Positions 53,854-61,861 of a stretch of DNA of 64,000 nucleotides are shown piece after piece. This stretch comes from an uncultured virus (IMG/VR IMGVR_UViG_2061766007_000442) (lineage: Duplodnaviria > Heunggongvirae > Uroviricota > Caudoviricetes). The first letter of the stretch is position 1. Each line of letters begins with the position of its first letter. The translations under genes and the position numbers were made by a program. Below the pieces are notes generated by a model that had not been told where the DNA came from, did no database searches, and worked only from the letters and a program-made list of their open reading frames with translations. The stretch lies in the IMG/VR virus record IMGVR_UViG_2061766007_000442. One strand, written 5' to 3'.

Positions 53854-54927
53854 TTATTTGGTTTTTCCATTTTTACAATCTTTGCATTGAGAATACCAAC
53901 CATCTTTAGAAGAATTCTTGGAGAAGAAAGCAGGGTGTCCTAACTTGACCTTCCCGCATTTGGTGCACTCTTTCCAATAGCCATATTCAACATTAGTATA
54001 GTATCATACTAGATAATCTTTTTGTGCTTGTTCAGCTAATAAACGTGGTATTCTTTTGCGTCAAAGAGAAGAGTAATATTGTTCAGAATGTCACTCTCCA
54101 TAGTCATCATATATAGCTAGTTGTATTTGTTCATTAGTAAGACCATCTATTTTTCAAATAACTAAGTCGTAAAGAATGGGATAGTCTTCTGCGAGAACAT
54201 CATCAACAAGGTTTTCTAAGTCTATTAATAGTCAATGCATGTCGCATTGAGTATCATCCCAACATTCTTCTTTTAATTTAGAATAATAGCAAAGTAGGAA
54301 AGAAATGTGGTTGGGGTTTAATAATGATAATATTGCATCTGATACAGGCATTTGATTTTCATCAAAGTGTACTTTTTCATCTATGTCTAGCTTAGTTAAA
54401 GTTTTTAATTGAGCGGAGCGGACTCGGCCGTTTGCTCCTTTTCAAGATGCTTTAAGTAGGTAGGCTTGTTGTCAAGTTTCAATTATTGTTTTCTTGAGAG
54501 AGTAACGTGCGGGGCCCCTTGCATGTTGGAACTGACGTTGCAAGGAATCTATTGTGTTGATGAGGTCCCGCATCCCTGGAATAAGGTCTTTTTCCTCTTC
54601 TGTTATTGGGTCTTTTGGATCCAGGATTTGATTTTTGTCATTGTTTATCATGGCGTAGATGCCATCTTCTCCATTTTCTAAGTTGGAGACTATTTCCTCG
54701 TAGGATACCTGACGTTTATTAATTGTTGCTTCACGATTCTTTGTTAATGTAGGATATTCAGATTTTTTTTCTCTCTTTGTTTGATTGCGGTCTTGCGTAA
54801 ATAATATATAATTAGACATGTATAATAAATATTGTGGTGTAAGCTTTTCGTCAGGAGTTTCAGAAAGTAATTTATTAACACACTCTATTCTTTCTTCTGG
54901 AGTGGTTAAGCTGTAGTCTAGTTGCAT
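53854..54927 (-). CDS. Putative transcription regulator (sigma region 4-like HTH plus C-terminal Zn ribbon), 357 aa (code 4)
   Basis: AGGAG RBS and ATG at 54927; seven in-frame TGA. KIDGLTNEQIQ...YYSSL-W-RKRI is helix-turn-helix-like, followed by CTKC...CKDC. Confidence 0.5.
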
Positions 54928-54990
54928 GTAAGACACTCCTGTCGTGCTAAAATACATTAGCATTGTGATTTCATTTTTTCTTACAATAGT

Positions 54991-55020
54991 ATTATACCAT
55001 TTTTTTCTTACCTTTGTCAA
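54991..55020 (-). promoter_or_regulatory. sigma70-type promoter at the head of the late operon
   Basis: TTGACA-18-TATAAT with extended -10 TG and AT-rich upstream DNA. Confidence 0.7.
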
Positions 55021-55309
55021 ATTTTTTTATGTTTTAGTTAAAAAAAATATTAATCTTTGATAAAAATAAATTTATTGTGCTAAAGCACAATATATAAATC
55101 ATGGTTTCACCATGATTTAAATTTCGGTCAATATCGGTTATTAGATTTTACCCTTGAAAAAATAGAAAATATTTGTTATAATAGATTTATGATTAAGGAT
55201 TGGAAATTTCGCTGTGAATGTGGGTTGGACGTGGCGATCTCTCAAATCGTCTTCTATAAGGATCATTCCCCAAACCCGGCCCCCTATGGTACCTTGTAGC
55301 TGAGCGCAC

Positions 55310-55401
55310 CGAACAAATGTTCGGACAATATCTTGGGCGCGGCGAACAAATGTTCGACCATGCCCCCCNNNNNNNNNNCTGTTTAATCGAACAAATGTTC
55401 G
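55310..55401. promoter_or_regulatory. Three LexA (Cheo/SOS) boxes CGAACAAATGTTCG
   Basis: Exact copies at 55310, 55343 and 55388 match the Gram-positive consensus CGAAC-N4-GTTCG. Confidence 0.7.
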
Positions 55402-55467
55402 AAGTTGGCCTGCAAAAATTGTTAGCCTAGGTTAACAAATTTTTTTCATGTTTTTTTCAAAAAAGGG

Positions 55468-55496
55468 TTGACAAGCGACGTTCCTAATACTACACT
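55468..55496 (+). promoter_or_regulatory. Early sigma70-type promoter
   Basis: TTGACA-17-TACACT. Confidence 0.7.
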
Positions 55497-55532
55497 TAAA
55501 GTGTAAGTTGGAACAACCGCAAGGAGGAAGTT

Positions 55533-55832
55533 ATGAAGCACACGATGGACACCACGAAGCAGAAGGGTCGCACTATCTACACCTATGGCGAGAAGAAGCA
55601 TGGTGGATATTATGTGACCATTAATGCTCATGAGCAGGGCTATGCTTGGATGGCAGTTTGGTACTGCGACGAAGAAGCTGGTGACTGCGATGTTGCTACC
55701 GAGTTCGGGATGACGATGCACAAGGTGGAACTCCGCAGGGCTGCTGGTAGGATGATGGCCCGGCTGTGCGAGGGTGGCTACCACCTCGACGCCATCCGGC
55801 TGCTGACCGACCTGGTGCAGGACGTGGCTTAG
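55533..55832 (+). CDS. Early hypothetical protein, 99 aa
   Basis: AAGGAGG RBS, GC-rich codons, TAG stop. Confidence 0.75.
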   Translation: MKHTMDTTKQKGRTIYTYGEKKHGGYYVTINAHEQGYAWMAVWYCDEEAGDCDVATEFGMTMHKVELRRAAGRMMARLCEGGYHLDAIRLLTDLVQDVA

Positions 55833-55869
55833 TGCCACGTCTTGCATCACACACAAAGGAGTAAAGACT

Positions 55870-56145
55870 ATGACGTTTATTGAACTGTATCAGATTGCTC
55901 ACGAGATGCTTGAGTTGTATTGTCCTAATGCGGCAGGGCATTACAAGAATCAGACCGCTAGGATGATGATTAACACAGCTAGGTATTTCACGGGCGCAAC
56001 GAACAAATGTTTGGTTGAGGATTACATGCGNNNNNNNNNNACCAGGTATTTCACGGGCGCAACGAACAAATGTTTGGTTGAGGATTACATGCGGACGCTA
56101 GCGGAAGCGTTCGCCAATGGTTATGATTGTAGACGATTCCAATAG
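55870..56145 (+). CDS. Early hypothetical protein (internal assembly duplication)
   Basis: AAGGAG RBS; TAG stop. Confidence 0.65.
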   Translation: MTFIELYQIAHEMLELYCPNAAGHYKNQTARMMINTARYFTGATNKCLVEDYMXXXXTRYFTGATNKCLVEDYMRTLAEAFANGYDCRRFQ

Positions 56146-56157
56146 AAAGGATGAAAG

Positions 56158-56424
56158 ATGTATGACGTTGATGGTGCGGCTGTGCGGGCGCTGGTAGAGA
56201 CGCTCCCACCGCACGTGTTTGATGAGGTCGTGTCAGACCTGCCAGAGCTATTAGAAGGACTACAAGAATGGCAGGTGAGAGAGTACATTAAGTTCATTGA
56301 GACAGATGAGGGCTACACTCCTGACGATGTGGCTAAGGAGCAGGGCTATGAAGATGTTGAGGACATGTATCAATCGGGGCCTTACTTCATGGTGTTCGAT
56401 GATGGTGTGCTAATCATCGAGTAG
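56158..56424 (+). CDS. Early acidic hypothetical protein, 88 aa
   Basis: GAAAGGA RBS; very Asp/Glu-rich. Confidence 0.7.
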   Translation: MYDVDGAAVRALVETLPPHVFDEVVSDLPELLEGLQEWQVREYIKFIETDEGYTPDDVAKEQGYEDVEDMYQSGPYFMVFDDGVLIIE

Positions 56425-56434
56425 CTTAAAGCAC

Positions 56435-56877
56435 CGAACAAATGTTCGTATGAGGGCGAAAAATTATAGCACACCCGAACAGNNNNNNNNNNAGGCTATG
56501 GGGCGACCGAACAAATGTTCGTATGAGGGCGAAAAATTATAGCACACCCGAACAGCAATGTCAAGAGTTTTTCGCAACTTTTTTTAAATTTTTTTTCTAA
56601 GCCCAAATCGAACAAATGTTCGGTTCTACACACACACTACACTCTCTCGCAATGCCGTAAGGTTAGGCACGACNNNNNNNNNNCGGTTGCACACCGCAAG
56701 AAGCTAACAACATGCAGGCAGAGATTGATGCTCTGCAAATGCAGCTTGACGAAGCGACGGACGCTAACGAGCGGCTAGCAGATGCCTACATTGACCTCGA
56801 AGCAGAGAACAANNNNNNNNNNGTTTTTGCAACTTTTTTTAAATTTTTTTTCCAAGCCCAAATCGAACAAATGTTCG
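56435..56877. promoter_or_regulatory. LexA boxes flanking a leftward consensus promoter
   Basis: CGAACAAATGTTCG at 56435, 56508, 56609 and 56864 (probably two sites seen in two haplotypes). Minus-strand TTGACA-17-TATAAT at 56564-56536. Confidence 0.65.
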
Positions 56878-57115
56878 ATTCTACACACACACTACACTCT
56901 CTCGCAATGCCGTAAGGTTAGGCACGACCCGCTTGTTATGTCTTGGCTGCTCTGTCTTTCTCTCTCCTTTCTACACTTTTAGTGTACTATGTTATGTGTT
57001 GTGTGTCAATAAGAAAATAAAAAAAAATAAAAAAATTTATTTTGTAATTATGTATTGACACATGGGACTCGATGGGGTACACTATCATTAGGTGAAGTAA
57101 AGAAAGGGGTTTGTT

Positions 57116-57574
57116 ATGAAGTACATCATTGGTATTATCGTGGCTATGTGTGCGGCGGTCTGCCTTGTTGGTTGCACACCGCAAGAAGCCAACAACATGC
57201 AGGCAGAGATTGACGCTCTGCAAATGCAGCTTGATGAAGCGACGGATGCTAACGAGCGGCTAGCAGATGCCTACATTGACCTCGAAGCAGAGAACAAAGA
57301 ACTGCGAGAGTACAACGCCGCATTGATGGCAGATAATCAGGCACTTGCTAACCGTGAGCCGGAAGTCATCTACCAGACGGAATATGTAGAAGTTCCCGCC
57401 GAAGATAACTACATTGAGTGCGGTGGTTGCGCGGCTCATGTGCATGACTGGTATTACATCCAAAACATGCAGGGTACAGACGTTGTGCCAGTCTGCCGAG
57501 ACTGCTATGAGGCAAGCATCGCCTACTACAACGGCGAGACGGTAGAGCAGACCGTTATTGAAGTAGAAGATTAA
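57116..57574 (+). CDS. Predicted lipoprotein with coiled coil and CxxC..CxxC motif, 152 aa
   Basis: Signal peptide with lipobox LVGC; CGGC...CRDC. Own promoter TTGACA-17-TACACT at 57055 and a hairpin at 57576-57600. Confidence 0.75.
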   Translation: MKYIIGIIVAMCAAVCLVGCTPQEANNMQAEIDALQMQLDEATDANERLADAYIDLEAENKELREYNAALMADNQALANREPEVIYQTEYVEVPAEDNYIECGGCAAHVHDWYYIQNMQGTDVVPVCRDCYEASIAYYNGETVEQTVIEVED

Positions 57575-58211
57575 AGGGGTGGGGCTTTAAGCCCCGCCCT
57601 ATGANNNNNNNNNNGGTTGCGCGGCTCATGTGCATGACTGGTATTACATCCAGAACATGCAAGGTACAGATGTTGTGCCAGTCTGCCGGGACTGCTACGA
57701 AGCAAGCATCGCCTACTACAACGGTGAGACGGTCGAACAGACCATTATTGAAGTAGAAGATTAAAGGGGTGGGGCTTTAAGCCCCGCCCTATGAGGGCGA
57801 AAAATTTTACCATGCGCCACCAGAAAAGTCAAGCGTTTTTTTGAAAAAATTTAAAAAAAATATATTTATCCCGATAGAGTTCAGGAAACCCGGCACCACC
57901 TTTCGCCAGAGTGTGGGGCGTTGTTTTTTCTTTGTGATTACATTATGACACATCAAGCCCCGCATGTCAACAGTTTTTTAGAAAAAATTTTTTTATTTTG
58001 TTAGAAAAAAACACTTGCACAACATTATTATTATGTTTAATTAAAGTAGCCTAAAGAAAGGGGTATTAAAATGTTCGACGTGGCTATGGTATTTTGTTTG
58101 GTTGGTTGGATTGCTATTTGTGCGGTGTTCTGTGTCTGTGCGTGTTGTGCGGTGCAGTATTTCCGCAACGGNNNNNNNNNNGTAATGGTAGGATTTTAGA
58201 AGGGGTTAAAA

Positions 58212-58388
58212 ATGTTGTGGGGTCTAATTCTGTTTTGTGTGTCTGTGTTTCTTGTTTCGTGGTTTAACTACATGCAACACCACTATTGGCACATTATGAC
58301 CATGTCCGCCAAGGTTTTTGTTTTTGCCTTGCCTGTTTTTGTTTGGATTATCACTTGCATTGTTTGGAGCATTGTGCTATTCTATTAG
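58212..58388 (+). CDS. Small two-helix membrane protein, 58 aa (variant copy 58683-58859)
   Basis: GAAGGGG RBS; MLWGLILFCVSVFLVSWFNY...; TAG stop. Confidence 0.6.
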   Translation: MLWGLILFCVSVFLVSWFNYMQHHYWHIMTMSAKVFVFALPVFVWIITCIVWSIVLFY

Positions 58389-58419
58389 TGTCAAATTAGA
58401 CCAAAGAAAGGGGTTTAAA

Positions 58420-58583
58420 ATGTTGGGTGCAGATATGTATGATGGAGTGCAGAAGGTGAAAGAAGGAATTGAAGCCCTTTGTTTTAACGTGAATGTCGCT
58501 ACCGATAATATTAACATGGTAATGTGTTGCGACATGACCAACGAAGAAAAAAGAGAACGGCTTGACAAGGCGTGGAAGGCTCT
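58420..58583 (+). CDS. Early hypothetical protein (partial)
   Basis: GAAAGGGG RBS; MLGADMYDG...; ends in a gap. Confidence 0.55.
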
Positions 58584-58892
58584 NNNNNNNNNNTGATTTT
58601 GTCAAGTGCTTTGTCTGTGCGGTGGTTTGTGTGTTCGCCGCATGGCCTATGATAATGGTAGGATTTTAGAAGGGGGTTTAAAATGTTGTGGGGTCTGATT
58701 CTGTTTTGTGTGTCTGTGTTTCTTGTTTCGTGGTTTAACTACATGCAGCACCACTATTGGCACATTATGACCATGCCCGCCAAGGTTTTTGTTTTTGCCT
58801 TGCCCGTTTTTGTTTGGATTATCACTTGCATTGTTTGGAGTATTGTGCTATTCTATTAGTGTCAAGTTAGACCAAAAAAAGGGGGTAGAACA

Positions 58893-59144
58893 ATGTTGAA
58901 AGCATCTGAAGCTAGAGCAATTACTAACAATCATCAAGCATCATATCTGGAATGGAGCATTGAACAAGCGATTAATCATCGAGCAGGTTGTGGAAAAAAT
59001 AAACTATGCCGCTATTATGGCTCCGAGCTGGACACTAATCTCATTACCGAAGAAGATGTAACTACCGTCATTCACAAGCTACAACTTTATGGGTATGAAG
59101 TAACTGTTGACAAGCCCAACGGATATTTGTATATTTATTGGTAA
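58893..59144 (+). CDS. Early hypothetical protein, 83 aa (divergent copy 59826-60077)
   Basis: RBS, and two diverged copies conserve the reading frame. Confidence 0.75.
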   Translation: MLKASEARAITNNHQASYLEWSIEQAINHRAGCGKNKLCRYYGSELDTNLITEEDVTTVIHKLQLYGYEVTVDKPNGYLYIYW

Positions 59145-59244
59145 AAACTTCTAAAAACCCCTTGACATTATGGGTCGAGGGGTTTATTATGTTATTGTAA
59201 GGTTAAGTAAAGGGCTTGACCACAACAAAGAAAAGGGGTAAAAA

Positions 59245-59505
59245 ATGGCACTGTACACAATCCGCAACCACGAGTATTTGCTCGATTCGCTTGCAGAAGC
59301 AATTGAGAAAGCTACGAACAACACTAACGAAGTCAAGACAAAGATAAACCACGCACTTGTTGACGCACGACACCTGTGCTTTTATCTTGACGTACTTAAC
59401 GATAAGCTACCGGGATATTCCGAGGAACAAAAGCGTGCTTATCTTGAGGATGCAGAAATAATAGTCCATCATCTTAACGATATTCTTCTGGAAATTCTCT
59501 ACTAG
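59245..59505 (+). CDS. Early hypothetical protein, 86 aa (divergent copy 60163-60423)
   Basis: Promoter TTGACA-17-TATTAT at 59162, RBS, terminator at 59525-59549. Confidence 0.75.
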   Translation: MALYTIRNHEYLLDSLAEAIEKATNNTNEVKTKINHALVDARHLCFYLDVLNDKLPGYSEEQKRAYLEDAEIIVHHLNDILLEILY

Positions 59506-59719
59506 ATTTTATCCACTCCAACACAAAACCCCGCTTAAGCGGGGTTTTTCTTTATCCCCGTGGGAGGGCGAAAAATTTTAGCACACCGCACCACAAAAAG
59601 TCAAGCAACTTTCGGTAAAAAAATACAACTATTAGTTTCTCCTAAAACTGTTGACACACTCCAAGAGATAAAGTAATATTTTCAGTGTTAGAAATAAACA
59701 GTTGATGAAAGGTTGACAA

Positions 59720-59784
59720 ATGGCACGCAAAAAGTATTACATGGTTATTGACACGGAGACATGCGGAGACTATGTGTTTGACAT
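59720..59784 (+). CDS. DEDDh 3'-5' exonuclease, N-terminal fragment
   Basis: MARKKYYMVIDTETCG is an Exo I motif. Promoter at 59651. Cut by a gap. Confidence 0.6.
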
Positions 59785-60518
59785 NNNNNNNNNNAAGAGT
59801 TAGACCAAAGAAAGGGGTTTTAAAAATGTTGAAAGCATCTGAAGCTAGAGCAATCACTAACAATCATCAAGCATCATATCTGGAATGGCGCATTGAACAA
59901 AATATTAATCGTGTGGCAGGTTGCGGAAAAAATAAACTATGCCTTTATTATGGCACTGAACTGGATGCTAATCTCATCACCGAAGAAGAAGTAACCGCCG
60001 CAATACACAAACTGCAACTTTATGGGTATGAAATAACGGCGGACAAAGCCAACGGATATTTGTACATTTGTTGGTAAAAAAACTTCTAAAAACCCCTTGA
60101 CATTATGGGTCGAGGGGTTTATTATGTTATTGTCAAGTTAAACAAAGAAAGGGGTTAGAACAATGGCACTGTACACAATCCGCAACCATGAGTATTTGCT
60201 CGATTCGCTGGCAGAAGAAATTAAGAAAGCTACGGATAACACAAACGAGATTAAGACAAGAATAAATGATGCACTTACCGAAGCTCAAAATTTGCGCTTT
60301 TATCTTGCTGTAGTCAATGGCAATTTGCCGGGATACTCCGAAGAAAAAAAGCGCGCCTATCTTAATGACGCAGTAGCAAAAACTCATCGTCTTTGTGATA
60401 TTCTTATCAATATTCTCTACTAGATTTTATCCATTCCAACACAAAAACCCCGCTTAGGCGGGGTTTTTCTTTATCCCCGTGGGAGGGCGAAAAATTTTAG
60501 CACACCGNNNNNNNNNNC

Positions 60519-60773
60519 CATTTTTGTATGGCTCATGAATTCTACACTAAGACGGGCAACATTCAAACGGGCGCGGAGATTATGTTTCGTTACATCACGA
60601 ACGATGCAACCTTTAACGAAGCACACACCGCGCACGAAGATTGTATTATTGAGTGTGCTATTCTTGAAAAGTGTTTCAAGCAAAAGAAACATTTTGAGAC
60701 AAAGACGGTTAACCCTTGTATGCACAATGCAGCATGGCGAAGTATCCAAGAAACACACAAGAGTATGTGTTAG
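60519..60773 (+). CDS. DEDDh 3'-5' exonuclease, C-terminal fragment
   Basis: EAHTAHEDCIIE is an Exo III-like motif. Probably the same gene as 59720, with a variant contig scaffolded in between. Confidence 0.6.
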   Translation, partial: HFCMAHEFYTKTGNIQTGAEIMFRYITNDATFNEAHTAHEDCIIECAILEKCFKQKKHFETKTVNPCMHNAAWRSIQETHKSMC

Positions 60774-60912
60774 ACTTACCCGCCCCGCACGTCTTACCCC
60801 TTGGCGTGCGGGGCACCTCAAAAAAATTTTAAAAAATTTCAAAAAAGTACTTGACAAGTACTTGCACATGCTTTATTATCTAATTGTAAGAAAAAAGAGA
60901 AAGGGGTTGGAA

Positions 60913-61164
60913 ATGTTCAAGAGATTCGATAACACGGAGTGGACGGCAGACGAGAAGGCCAACGCCGCCAAGGTTTGCAAGTTCAACGACAACGTCGCAG
61001 ACGTTCCCACCGAAGTCCTGATGGCAGCTATCGCCGAGGCAAACGACCGGATGCTCGCCGCTTGGATGTGCGCCAAGACTGACGCCGATTACAAAAAGGT
61101 TGAAGCCCGCATCATGAAGTGGTACGAAGCAACCTACACCGAACTCACAAAGCGGGTGGCTTAA
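60913..61164 (+). CDS. Early hypothetical protein, 83 aa
   Basis: Promoter TTGACA-17-TATTAT at 60851, GAAAGGGG RBS, terminator at 61163-61190. Confidence 0.75.
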   Translation: MFKRFDNTEWTADEKANAAKVCKFNDNVADVPTEVLMAAIAEANDRMLAAWMCAKTDADYKKVEARIMKWYEATYTELTKRVA

Positions 61165-61206
61165 AAACCCCTCACAACGAGGGGTTTTTTATTTTAAGCG
61201 AACAAC

Positions 61207-61220
61207 CGAACATTTGTTCG
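61207..61220. promoter_or_regulatory. LexA box just downstream of a leftward promoter
   Basis: CGAACATTTGTTCG; minus-strand TTGACT-17-TAAAAT at 61263-61235. Confidence 0.65.
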
Positions 61221-61339
61221 AGTGAGGTCGCAAAATTTTAACACACGCCGCACAAAAAGTCAAGGAAATAATGGTTGTTTTAGGAAACTCTTAGTTGTGC
61301 CCAAAACTATTGCTTTTCTATTGGATGTGTGCTATCATA

Positions 61340-61392
61340 TCAAGGGAGGGAGGGAGGGATAGAGAAAAAAAGTTAACCGCGGTTAACTTTTA
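61340..61392 (+). ncRNA. Candidate ~50-nt sRNA with (GGGA)x4
   Basis: Promoter TTGCTT-17-TATCAT (61310-61338), no ORF, and a 24-bp palindrome terminator at 61368-61391. Confidence 0.4.
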
Positions 61393-61399
61393 TGCAAAA

Positions 61400-61558
61400 C
61401 TAAACCCCGCCCGCGGTGTGCGCCCCAAAGCCGGCAAACGGGGGAAGACGCGGGCGGGGTGGCGAGATTAAAACGGGCTACCCTTAGTCTCGCCTTTCTT
61501 AAGGGCTTACCGTTTGCTCACAAGAATTTAACCACCTCCAAAACTCATGTTTTCTTTA
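61400..61558 (-). ncRNA. Candidate pseudoknotted RNA
   Basis: Minus-strand TTGACA-16-TATTAT at 61593-61566. Interleaved complementary segments and an 11-bp GC stem; no ORF. Confidence 0.4.
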
Positions 61559-61861
61559 CAATCACATAATAACACATTGTAACCATGTGTCAACACTTTT
61601 TTAAAAAAATCTTTATCCTTTTTTAAGGACAAACACTTTAGCGCAGTAGAGTATTGTAGTTATGTAGGAATTGTGAAGTTGTAAAAAAGTGCTTGACGTT
61701 GTAGCGGTATCGTGTAATAATAGTATTGTCAAAAGAGACAAGGCACTTTGAAAACTTGAAGTAGCGGGCGGCGCTGCCGCAGTAGTACTCCGGCGCCGCC
61801 CGACGAAAAAAAGTTAAAAAAAGTTGTTGACAGTCTCAAAAAGACATGATATAATAAAGAT

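Noticed and set aside
431..54681. Short antisense or alternate-frame ORFs in the track (e.g. 431..745, 31006..31482, 38816..39340, 44348..44698, 46367..46777)
   Set aside because: They overlap well-supported genes, lack RBS and have shadow-ORF composition.
1..54927. Widespread pseudogenisation (decayed prophage)
   Set aside because: Interruptions are TGA at Trp positions, without TAA/TAG nonsense or frameshifts outside gaps in the regions read.
1..54927. TGA as selenocysteine or glycine; genome-wide TAG reassignment
   Set aside because: TGA aligns with Trp motifs. TAG terminates many genes correctly next to downstream starts (48251, 50230, 51996, 20841), so the capsid case would be site-specific.
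55310..56877. CRISPR-like array from the recurring 14-mer
   Set aside because: The repeat is too short, spacing is irregular and there are no cas genes; it fits an operator motif instead.
60535..61164. 209-aa ORF
   Set aside because: Only the last 83 codons (from ATG 60913) follow a promoter and RBS; the upstream part crosses another gene and a hairpin.
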